Made by a program: the position numbers and the translations under genes | Source of the DNA: Psammoneis japonica | Lineage: Eukaryota | Reading direction: 5' to 3' | NCBI GenBank assembly: GCA_008632985.1 | Contig: QPGO01000013.1 | Location: 744,001-808,000, forward strand | Length of the DNA stretch: 64,000 nt | In this document: positions 11,417-22,490 of the stretch, one piece after another | How the letters are laid out: each line of letters opens with the position of its first letter | Position numbering within the stretch: the stretch's first letter is position 1 | Notes under the pieces: generated by a model | The model's database searches: none | Told to the model about the DNA's origin: nothing | What the model saw: the letters and a program-made list of their open reading frames with translations, nothing else

Positions 11417-12112
11417 CTACGATGCCCTGCGCTGGGTTGTTTTTGGGCAAGTGCCAAGCGCTTGGTCCCAGAACGTGAAGAACGGCTGCTGAAATGCAAC
11501 AGCTTCCTTTCCAACCTGCATGTGGTGATGACGGTGGCATTCAGCATTGTTGGGAAAGCACGTGAAGGGGTCAAATGGGAGCATGTGTCCGCAGTGGGCC
11601 GACACTGTCTTTGCAGAGGCTGCAGTGGCCAAAAGAGCACTTTCCTCTGCGTGCAGGCTGCAAACCAATGTTGCAAAAATGATGCATCCTGCGTCTGCAA
11701 CGAGCAACTCCCAAAAAGAGTTGTGGAGAGCTGAAAAGGTGAGCGGCTGGCGAAACTTGTGGTGGGCCTTGTGCGTGGTTTCATGCAGCAGCGGCACCGC
11801 ATGCAACGTGCAATGAACAAAGTGCTGGTGCGTGTCAATGGCGACAGCTCCGAGCACCATTCAAAGAAATCTGACCCCATTGCCCTTGGCATGCATGGCA
11901 TCATTGCCAAAGAAGTGTTCTGTGAGAGAATGCATGAGCTGAAGCTGCAAGCACCGGATGATCGCCTCGTTCACGTGCTCATTTGGAGGGTCAGATTTGG
12001 CGATCTTGTGGCGGCGGAAGAGGTCGAAGTGCTGGATGGCCGTGTGCACGCACGAATGTGCCATGTAGGACACAATCGGCCATGACGCTGTCACGAAGCG
12101 AGTGAACGACAT
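11417..12112 (-). pseudogene. SUR2: Sphingoid-base C4-hydroxylase (SUR2/SBH, fatty acid hydroxylase family), hypermutated, in-frame TGA at 11861-11863
   Basis: DTHQHFVHCTLH, HKAHH, KTVSAHCGHMLPFDPF, FPNNAECHRHHH and QPFFTFWD match the Sur2 pattern (DTWQYFxHR..H, HxxHH, KTVDDHCGYxLPxDPF, NNAxYHDxHH, QPFFTFWD). Probable ATG at 12112. Confidence 0.88.
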
Positions 12113-12538
12113 TCTATTGCTGTGTGGGGCAAGTACGAGCACCGGTGGCTGTTCGATTCTCGACAGTGATTGATCACCATTGTACCGTAAGTGTCGACAC
12201 TCTCGCTCACACGCGACTGCAAACGGCAACGACTCTAATTTCCGGTTGAAGTTGAGTACCGCATGTGCAACCCAAGTTTGGCATGCTCTATCAATGGCTT
12301 GCATGTACGTATGATAATAGATACTAATAGTTGTCCGTTGCTTTTGTCTTTTATGCACTCTTGAAGTTTTGGTAAATTTACTTAAATGAAGTATGAGTAG
12401 GGCCATGCTCGCTCTGGCATACTTGAATATGCATGTTCGCCAATTCTTTTATTGTTAGCGATGCCTTGCTGGCAATTGCGTAATCGAAGATAACTTTACA
12501 TACATACGCCGCACACCACATCTACTTCGTTCGCCACC

Positions 12539-15121
12539 ATGTTAAATAGCTTCGATGCCGATGGCCCAAGAACTTGGTCTGTTGAGAAGAAAGAGAACGT
12601 CCATTGTGCTTCTCGTCGTTTTTTGGATGAGAATCGGTGGTATGCTACTTTGGCGTTGAGCCTGGGTATTACCTTTCTCTGCCTACTGTTGGTGTGCATG
12701 TTGCACCAATACCTTAGAATGGTTGTTACTATGTGGGATTGCCTCTTGCACATCAAACTGTGGTTTGCCTCCGGGATTTCCGTGCTCGTTACACTCCTGT
12801 GCTTGTGGAGAGATCGCGCACGCTGCCAAAGGGTCCGCTCATCTTATATCCATCAGAAGAAATTTGCGCTGGTTCTTGCAATTTGTATATCCCCGGTTTC
12901 GATTGTCCAAGAAATTTTCACCCTTTCGTTTCCCTCATTTGCCATCCTGCTGAATCCAGGAGCATGGGGCTCGTTCAAGGTTTATGATCCTGCTCATATC
13001 CAACAGGTTCGTCATTGGTGACAGATAGTTCTTTCTTTCTTTCTTTCTTTGAAGTATTTCCTCATCTGTGATCTTTCCAACGGTTTGCCCTATACAAGGA
13101 TTTGTTGGGAATATGCCTCAACGATGAAGAGATTGAAAACGAAACTGTTCGTAATGACTTATGCCTTTCCGAAGCAAGCTGGAGTTCCTTAAGGTCAGTT
13201 CCATGTCCCAGTGGCGTTTCATCTCACGACAGTGTAGTTTACAGACTCTTCTGACCCCTTTTCTGCTGTACTTAGCTCTGGAGCTCTCTCCATTCGAAGG
13301 TCTCAAGATGTGCAAACTGTGTTCGAGGGTGTTCAATACGCTCGGCAATCCGGTGGTTTGGTCGTAAACATTCTGGCACGTGACACGGCACGTGCCATCA
13401 ATCCTTTGCGTCAAAACATTGAGGGTCTGATGCTATTCTTTTCCAATGTATCAGTTGTGGTTTTTGAGAATGACAGCGAGGATGACACCAGGGAAGCCTT
13501 CAAGAAATGGTCGTCTGAAGCGCAAGGGTATTCTGTTGATTTGATCGAGTGTGAGGAATCGAAGGACTGCATGTTTGGCGACATTCACCGCTACGATACA
13601 GACGATGATAGCTTCGAAAACAGTGTTATCGGGAAAATGGCTTACTATCGCAACAGGGCTCTGTCGTATATACTCAACAAACCCGTGTACCAGGACTACA
13701 GTCACATATTGGTCCTTGACATGGATCTGGCGATCTCCATTTCGCCTCTCGGTGTCCTCCATACGTTGGGATCCAAGCCAGATAATGCCGTGGCGAGTTC
13801 AGGAAGAGCTATCCTTAGAGGGTCCTTTGGAACTCGACGTCTTCCTTACGATATGGTGTCATTTGAACCACAACTAAAGAGAAGTAACAGGTGGCTTGTG
13901 CATCTACACCAAAAGTATTGCGAGGTGATGCCACAAGGGTCTCGATGGAGGAACCTTTGCGAAGACGTAAGTCCCATGAAATCGATGCTAATGTCCATCG
14001 AGGATGCCCATACGGAACTTTATCAGGTACAGTCTGCATATAATGGCGCCGCACTGTATCCGTTGCATGCGATTCGTCAGGCCAAGTATAACACCGGGAG
14101 CTACGGACAGCGCTGCGAACATGTTGGCTTCCACTTATCTCTAGACGAACCTGTCTTCGTCAACTCCAAGTGGAACATGAATTTGAGTCTAGAACGTCCT
14201 CCTGGACCATCCGGGGAACAAGCTTGGACTGACATAACCTATGTTTTGTTGTCGTTAAAGCTTTCATTGCTGGTGCTTGGGCACAGGATACTAAGCCTTT
14301 TTCTAGTGGCATGGTGCACAATCCGGATGCTGTTGGCATGTCTCAGCCAAAACGAAGCTAGGGTGCTGCCCACTACTCATACCTCCACATTTCTTCATTC
14401 TTCTAGTTGGATGACAAGACGAGTATTCGAGCTAGCCTTGGCCTACCCAATTCTCACCTGGATTGCTCGGTTTGTCAATTTGTTGGTAGACGACGTTTTT
14501 TATTATCCTGTTCTCTTTATGGGTTGGTCGGTTTCGACGGGTGGGAGCTGGGGCGAGCCTTGTTTCTTTCAAAGCCTGTTGACACGGACTGGTTGGTGGA
14601 TGGTTACTGAATCAGTTCTAAAGATGATAATTCAGATGCCCCGACCAGTGCACTGTGAGGAACCAACAGTGATTCTCCCCGGCGACCATTTCGCATTTCC
14701 GTCTGGTCACTCCTTTCGTGCCTTTGCACTAGCTCGTGTGCTGGCTCGTGATCCTTTTCTCGGTTCGAAATTGCCGTCTGCAGTTTTTCTGGGATTGCCA
14801 ATGTCCATTGCTTGGGCTCGCGTGGCCCTCGGCAAACATTCAGTGTGCGATGTTGTATTTGGTTCCATTCTGGGAATGATGTTTTCAGATTATTTGGAAC
14901 CGGCTGTTGGCTTGCAGGCACTGTCCAGTAACTTCTGGTGCTGTGTGCTCTTCTTTAGCATAATTGGGATGTTGTGCCTGGTTGACCCATGGATGCCCAT
15001 TTGCAAACAAGTTTGGCAAGTCACGGGTTTGCGGAAGCAAAGCGAAAGACTACTATTTCTCTCTTTGTGTTGTGGTGGCTCTTGGGTTGTTCTGGTTGGT
15101 TCTAGTTTCAGTGGCTGTTGA
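12539..15121 (+). CDS. Membrane protein: N-terminal TM region + GT-A glycosyltransferase (CAP59/GT69-like) + C-terminal PAP2 lipid phosphatase; predicted exons 12539-13006, 13099-13193, 13276-15121
   Basis: GT motifs FENDSEDDT, MAYYRNRAL, VLDMD, SAYNGAALY, CEHVGFH; PAP2 motifs KMIIQMPRP, FPSGHS, ARVALGKHSVCD. Two GT-AG introns give one 803-codon frame; the intron calls are by eye. Confidence 0.8.
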
Positions 15122-18100
15122 ATGCAATGCAATGCGGAACCCATTTTGATAAGAACAAGAACCCATAATTGGTAAATGGTGTGGAAAAAGTTAAATTCCG
15201 TACAAAAATGTCCTTTTTCGGCCAAAATTTTCTTGAACGCCCTGTGCCCTGCACCGGGCTTTGGAATGCCCTCGCCCGTTTCTCTTCACTTTTCACTCAA
15301 AAATCGAAAAGCATCATGTTGACCATGGCAAGTTGCAGCCACCCCTGCAGCACTAACAATGATGGTGACAGAGGGCAACCCAACCAAGAAGAAGAGGATG
15401 GATTGGGAGGGGTGGCGTGAGTCGTCATGATGACTGCAGCGAGGCAGAAGGGGGCGATGCTGCCAATGCCGCCTCACCTCAAGTCATCAACTCCAACCAC
15501 CATTCACCGGGTGCAAGCAACCCAGCAATCTCACAATCACAAGTTGCTGTCAGCCTGTCAAATGAAACAAAGGTCGCTTCATGAGATCATGCAGCCACTC
15601 TGGTGTTGCTCGAAGCAGCTCTGAAGCATGCGAGCAATGTCGTGACAGCCAAGGACACAGAGGCTGATTTGATGTTTGTGGTGGAACTCATCAAATTGTC
15701 CCCAAAACAATGGCAAGATGAGCACTCAAATGGCTGCAAGGTGGGCACAATGAAAAGATTTAGATCTGGCATGATTCAGAGATGCAGAAATCCAAGAGCT
15801 TGACAACATGTTCAGCTCTTTGGTGGAGTCTAAAAAGAGCCATGTCAAAGCAGGAGACAAAGGCAGATCACTGCACAAGTTGAGGTTGTGGCACCTCAAT
15901 GATGATGGCAGCTGCACACATGATGATCTGCCACTCCACTGTGGTGGGCTCTGCAACAACTTTGTCAACTGTGCTGACACAAACACAACAAACGGGAAAG
16001 CAGCAAGAAATGACATTTGCCTGGAATGTGGGCACATGTTGAACAAGAAGAGGAAAGTCTTGTTTCATTGGATGCAAGAGGAGGTTTCAGAAACAGCACA
16101 ATCTGTGTCCTCATTGCACTCTGTGATGTTCTGATTCAATTGAAAACCCCAGGGGCTGAAAATTTGACAAGTTTGTTGCTTTGTGTTTTGAGACAGATGT
16201 GACAAAATCAATGAAACCCAAATGGCAAAGATTTGCTTGACAGCAAGATCCCATCTTTGGTCGCTGTTGAAGTGAGTTGGGGCTCAGCTAACTTGCTTTT
16301 TCTTTGCAAGGTGTCTTCAAATGTGTTGCAAATTCTGCAACCATGACACTGTCCCAACTGAGGGAGAATGCAGTGAACAAGACATCAGTTTTGACATTGT
16401 TGTGATTTGTGACATTGCACCAGAGCTGTGTGAAGTGATGTTCCACCATTGAAGAAGAGAGTGATTTTGAAGAATTTGATGATGCTCCACCTGATGTTGA
16501 GAGTGGAGATTCTGCCCAGAAGAAAAGTGCCAACTTGCACTGCTGCTGACTGCAACAATTGTGCAAGTCAAAACCTGTGCCACTCTTTGGAAGCAACGTT
16601 CATCAGAAATTTCAGTGCAAGACAAGTGGCTCATCACTGTGGAAACTTTTTTACAAGAATTTTGGAGAAGGCTTGAAAAATGTACTCCACTCTCTTTTGA
16701 CTCAAAACAGAGGAGCAAAGGGAATGTGGTGAGTGCCTCATGCCTTCCTTTTGAATTGTTGCCATGGACTCAAGTCCAGTCATTTGTTGAGATTCAAGGC
16801 TGCTGGAAAGCAGTGCTGAAAGGTTGGGGCAATGCAAGTGTCAGCAACCAAGCTGGCAGCCAGATCAATTGCAAACAAAAGGAAGCCAGCTGGCAAAACC
16901 ACAGTTGCCACAAAATGGGTTGCTTTGTTCTCTGATGCTTCTGTGGCTTGAGCATTGTCACTTGCAATCATTGCTCTTTTCAAGCACACAAGGCCTTGGT
17001 GCATTTGTTGGCCCAGTGCATTGGGGTTGCTTGGCCTCAAATTTTGATGAGCTGCAGCTTCCTTCAGAGCCAACCAAAACTTGTGCTGTCAAAAGAATGA
17101 AAGAATTGCCAACTCTTTTTGAACAGGACAACCACTTTTTTCTTGTCTCCAGAGTGCTGCTCCTCTTTTTCCTGCTGGATGCCATGGCTGCACAAAAGAT
17201 GATGATCTTTGACATTGGTGCAAGAAAATTGGAAACTCAAATGTGATGACTGTTGTTGAGTCATGATGCAGACAAGTGCACATGACCTGCTGGCAGAGCA
17301 ACATTTGGTGTCACTTGGTTGGCCATGGCAAAAAGGAGATGGCATTTTTGTGACAAAGGAGGGTGCAGGGCATCAGTTGCTGGTGGCACATTTGAGCCTT
17401 TAGAGTGTCAAATGGGGCTGCTGCAATCATCAGCAACCAATGCCCCCCACCTTCCTTTGTTCTCAAAATCATGACAGAATGACAGCACCATTTTGCAGTT
17501 CATTGTCACATGGCAAAGAAGACCTGAGAGGTCACAAAAATTCGTCATCTGACAGATGGAGGACAGACCAAACATTCAGTCATGAAAAAGGCTGCATTTC
17601 AACCTGTGCAAAATTGTCCCAAGCTGTGGATGTTAAATGTGCACCCATTGGACTTGAGACAACATGCCAGTCCACGTGTTTCTTGAACTTGAGCTTGTGG
17701 TGTGATTGCAGTGCAGCAACTCATGCAAAACATCAGAGCCACATGTTGACACAAAAAACATGTTTTTCTGCTCCAACAGCTGTTCATCCTGAGCTCAGCA
17801 ACTGATGATGCTTTTGGCCTGTGGCACCAGCAAACAAGGCATTGACAAGACTGTTTTTTTTTTTTTCAGTGTGAAAATCCACAATGAGCTCATCATTGAG
17901 AAAGATCATTGTGCACAACATGCCAAATGGTGCTGTGACAGCATGGCACATGATGAGAAGAAACTGCCAAAAAGTGTGCAGAGACTGTGGTGGAAGAAAA
18001 ACTGCAGACAAGGCATGACCGGAGCATGCACAGAAGGATGGTTGGAAAATCCAAGATGTGAGGCTGCCAAGTGGCACACAGTGACTTTTGACAGCTGGAG

Positions 18101-18144
18101 TTGGTTACAGAAAACCCAGAGAAAGCTGTTTTTGTTGACAAAAC

Positions 18145-20278
18145 AGCAAAGACAAAACAAGCCATGAGACTGTTCTGTCCTCACACTTTGTTTTTTTTGT
18201 TTGCAGTTGTTTTGCTACATCTGCAAGATTGGGCTCTGTCATGTGGCGTTGAAGATTGCAGACCTCCAATGGCACTTCTCAGCATGGTCATTGAGTGGCA
18301 GTGACTGCCTCTCTGAGCAATGCCGTGGATGAACAAAAGGTGCAAAAAATGCAGCAGAGTGGAGACAAGAGACTCAGAATCCAGAGCCCTGCACAAGCAT
18401 GGCAGCGCAACAGGCAGTTTTTGGCCTTTTCACTCCCAGCTTCACAAACACTGCTTCAGGGGGACATCCACCATGATTTTGATTGCCTCTTTTCTCTGTG
18501 TTGCAACCACCAATCATGCACGCTGACTTTGGCAAGGGAAGATTCTCCTGAGACATGTGTGTGCAGACTTTTTTGAGTGAAAGTCACTGTTTGTGTTGGA
18601 GCATGAGCCTTGTCTCATGGGTTTTCATGTTGGTGTGGTGCCACAGAATTTGTTGTTTTGTCACATGGGCCATGATGTCAGTGCACTCAGCCTCACTTTT
18701 TTACGTCATTGTCAAGGACAAAGTGAGTTGATTGAATTCTTTGGAAGGTGCATTGTCCCATGTTCAATGAGCTGGCAAACATGCCACACGGTGCAGTGGC
18801 CCAAAAATGAGCAACAAAATTTCTTTTCATGATGGCTGAGAGAGCCACTTTGCAAGATTCAGCATGTGGTCAAAGAGACCAACAAGATGATGAAGATGTG
18901 ATTTGGCACTTCTCCACAAAATGACAGCAACAAAATGAAAGAGCAGCCACATTTTTGGGAACACTCAACATGCAAGTGTGTGCAAAACACACTAAAAAAG
19001 ACCTTTCTTGATCTCACCATGGATTTTTACATTGTCTGCTGAGTTGCAACACTCAACTTTGCCCCACCCCCTGTTCAGATGCAGCAACCCACATTGAAAA
19101 TGAGGCATGTTGTTGACATTGAGCCACAGCTTAGGATTCAATGATCTGAACAGGATCTGCTCTGGTGCATTCAAGGCAGGCAAAGTTTCTTTTTGTGCTG
19201 GAAAAAGATGTTTCACTTTGAATTTTTCAGAGCAGGGATCTTGGCACAAACAAGTCATCATGCACAATTGAGTGCACTTGCCACAGCATCTGTCCATTGT
19301 GGCTCTGATGGCACATTTGTGTGTTTTTCTCATTTCTCAAGTGTGGTTTTTGTGGAGTGTGATCATTGTCTTCCTGTCACATTTCATGGCAACAGCAGCT
19401 GAGTTGCTTGCTGCACCAGGGGAGGGCAACATCTTTGGAGAGGCAAAAAGATGGGGCACAATGCATGAAGGGGGGGGTTCTCCTGCAGAGCTCAGCACTG
19501 CACGCACAACTGGTTGAATGCAGCCAGGCACTGCTGTGTTGCTGTGGCACACAATGACAAAAAACTGAAAAAGGAGCATGTGGAGACTGCAATGAAAAAA
19601 CTTGGTGAAAAGGCATGGCAGCATTCATGGAAGGATGGTGGGAAAATCTGAGATGCAAGGTCAAGTGGCAAGGGCACTTTTGATGGCTGTGGAGTCATTT
19701 TTAGAAAAAAAACAGAGGAGAGCAAAGACAGAACAAATGACCAAACTGTTCTGTCCCTCACACTTTGTTTTCTTGACTGCAGCTGTTGCCATGTCTGCAA
19801 GACAAGACTCTGTTGGATGGCATTGAAGATCACAGACCTCTGGAGGCATTTCTCAGCATGATCATTGAATGGCAGCAACTGTCCATCTGACAAGTGATGC
19901 AGATGAATAAAAGACATGTGCGGCAGAGCGGTGCTTTAAACAAGAGACTCAGAATCCTCCAGAGCCCTGCACAAGCCCTGCAGCACAACATTTTTTGGCC
20001 TTTTCACTCCCAGCTTCAAAACACTGCTTCAGGGGGGTGCTGACTGCAGCAAGGGAAGTTTCTGCTCAAGCATGTGCATGTGGACCTTTTTGAGTGAAAG
20101 ACACTGTTTGTGTTGGAACACATTGGCCCAGTCTCATGGGGTTTTCATGCCAGCACGGTGCCACAGAATTTCTTGTCATCATGTGGGCCATGTTGTCAGA
20201 GTGCTCAGCCCAACTTTTTTGCTTCATCGTCAAGGACAAAGTGAGTTGATCAAATTCTTTGGAAGATGCATTGTCCCA
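18145..20278 (+). repeat. Diverged direct repeat, ~18145-18760 and ~19721-20278
   Basis: Shared blocks in the same order: ctgttctgtcc(c)tcacactttg, caagagactcagaat, ttggccttttcactcccagcttca, gtcaaggacaaagtgagttgat. Confidence 0.85.
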
Positions 20279-20441
20279 TTTTGTGCTCAGATTGTTGAAT
20301 TTTGAGCTTTGTCACCTGGGGCTGGCTTTGAAGAAATTGAAACTGTGGCTCAATGTTGACAACACACCCCATTTTCAATGTGGTGGGTTGCTGCATCTGA
20401 ACAGGGGGCGGGGCAAAATTGAATGTTGCAACTCAGCAGAC
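19035..20441. repeat. Inverted duplication of ~100 bp (19035-19130 minus; 20340-20441 plus)
   Basis: Both copies translate as KLWLNV(N/D)N(M/T)PHFQCG(G)LLHLNRG(W/R)GK(V/I)ECCNSAD on opposite strands. Confidence 0.85.
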
Positions 20442-21532
20442 AAAACCATGTGTGATTGTGCCAGACAACTGGCAATGGTTGGCAAGTTTTGAGGCAGTCT
20501 GTTCAGCCCATTTCCCTGAATGAGACAAGCACTGTGTTGTTTCATGCAACAACATGCAGCCAGTCTTGTTCTGGTTTTGATTCTTCATTTTTTGTGCCTG
20601 CCCACCACCTTTGGTGTTGTCATCAGACTGTCTCCACATTGGCCTGCTTGTCTTAGTGACAAATTTTTCTGAGCCTTCACTTCAATTTTGGTCAAGCAAT
20701 CTGAGGACTTTGTGGTGTTTTCTCTCTGAAAGCAGCGCAGCTCAGATGACCCAGTTTTCTCAGACTCAAGCCTCTCAAAAATGCGAGCATCAGCACTCTA
20801 AATCATGCCAATGCAACCCACTGCCACTTGCTGCCATGTCTTGGTGGTTGTCTTGATGTCTTCTTTTTCTTTGGCAATCTTGCATTTTGTTGCCTCTTTT
20901 CTGCTCATCTTGCCTCCTCTCCTTCTTGTTGCCACCACAATGTTTTTTTGTTCATGTGTGGCCGGCACCACCAAGACAACAAAACCCACAATCAAGGAAC
21001 AAGAAAAAACACAAACACACTGTCACAGCCTTGACACATGGATGCTGTGGCAACCACATGAGTGCACCTGGCCACATGCAAAGATTTCATGATGCCGAGA
21101 CCCCTGCTCTGAAAAATTTTCCAAAACTCAGTGCAGAGGGCAGAAGACAACAGTGCGAGACAGAGAAGAAGCATCAAAATGTCGGGCATGCCGGACCCAG
21201 AGGTGAATTGGGTGAGAGTGACAACATTCGCTGGAACATCTCATCTCTCAAAGTGTGGACTGAAAGACCGAAGTTAGCGGTTTTGTACTAAGAGCTGCAC
21301 ATTTGAAGCCTCAGAGGCAGGTCAAAATGACATGATGACAAGCGTGGGAAATGCGAGCTATTTTTTAAATTAGACCTCAACTGGAACAAGAATGATCATC
21401 AAAGATACGAGATCGATCGGATTATCGCGTTTGATCCAGATCTTTCTGCTTCTTCCAACATCGTCACTTTGCAACAACCGAACAACAAACAACAACTCCA
21501 TAATCAATACGTTGTAGTGCATAAGAATCATC

Positions 21533-22372
21533 ATGAGCAAAAGCATCTTGGTTAGCGGTGGCAACTCTGGCATTGGCCTTGCATTGTGCAAGCTCCTTGC
21601 GACTCAACACGGGTGCCGTGTCTTTCTGGGCTCTCGTTCCGAGCAACGCGGCCATGATGCCGTCAAGAGCATTGAGGAAGCAATTAGTGGATCTCCCAAA
21701 CCGGGCCAAGTGGAATGTGTGCAACTCGATATTACATCCGAAGAATCCGTAAAAGCTGCTGTCGAGACAATCAAGTCGAAAACCAACGGCGATCCTCTGT
21801 ATGCCCTTGTCAACAACGCTGGCGCTGGTTTGAGTCACGGTACTGAACCCAAGACTATTTTAGACACTAATCTGTATGGAACCAAACGTGTTTGCGATGC
21901 TTTCATGGATCTTGTGGATCCCACCGAAGGACGTGTTGTCAATGTCGGTTCTGGAGCTGGACCAATGTACGTTGCAGAATGTGACGTGGAAACGCAGAAG
22001 AAGCTCTGTGATCCCAACGTAGAATGGGCATGGATCGACGAGCACGCCAAGTCGGCTCTTGGATCCGAAGCGGACAAGATGGGAGGATACGGTCTCTCCA
22101 AGGCACTCGTTACTTGCTACACCGCTTGGTTAGCAAAGCAGCACCCTTCAATTACCTACAGTTGCGTTACGCCTGGATTCATTGCAACAAACATTACCAA
22201 GGGATATGGCGCAACCAAGACTCCTGAAGAAGGGGCTGTCCCTTTACTTCACTGTTTATTTGAAAATCTAGACGGTAATGGTTGGTACTATGGATCTGAC
22301 TGTGTTCGTTCGCCTCTCCACGTTCTGAGAAACCCTGGAGAACCGGCATATGACGGGAAATTGCCGTTTTAA
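21533..22372 (+). CDS. Short-chain dehydrogenase/reductase (carbonyl reductase-like)
   Basis: SGGNSGIG Rossmann motif, LVNNAG, catalytic YGLSK, TPGFIAT; intact 279 aa. Confidence 0.92.
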   Translation: MSKSILVSGGNSGIGLALCKLLATQHGCRVFLGSRSEQRGHDAVKSIEEAISGSPKPGQVECVQLDITSEESVKAAVETIKSKTNGDPLYALVNNAGAGLSHGTEPKTILDTNLYGTKRVCDAFMDLVDPTEGRVVNVGSGAGPMYVAECDVETQKKLCDPNVEWAWIDEHAKSALGSEADKMGGYGLSKALVTCYTAWLAKQHPSITYSCVTPGFIATNITKGYGATKTPEEGAVPLLHCLFENLDGNGWYYGSDCVRSPLHVLRNPGEPAYDGKLPF

Positions 22373-22490
22373 CTCGTTCTTCAATCAGCACACATTTACC
22401 GTGCTGTTCCAGCAGACGTCAAGCGTAACTTTGAAGCCTTTTGTTTTCTATGAGGATTGTCTTGCGACGTTTTAACATTAGTGTGTTTTC

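Larger units (their letters stand above)
15200..21270. mobile_element. Degenerate TpA/CpG-depleted block, probably decayed transposon/repeat DNA
   Basis: No coherent ORFs; Cys/His/Gln-rich spurious frames; TG/CA-rich; internal direct and inverted duplications; Ulp1-like remnant. Element class not identifiable. Confidence 0.6.

Noticed and set aside
4948..15121. Endogenous giant-virus segment as the source of the whole cluster
   Set aside because: No viral hallmark genes in the window, and two cluster genes have introns; left open only for SUR2.
15195..21290. Possible terminal inverted repeats (gtacaaaa...ttcgg at ~15200 vs ccgaa...ttttgtac at ~21270-21288)
   Set aside because: Match too short and gapped; no target-site duplication found.
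15169..21291. Dozens of 60-140 aa ORFs on both strands
   Set aside because: By-product of TpA loss (TAA/TAG stops removed); Tyr/Arg-poor, Cys/His-rich, no coherent domains.
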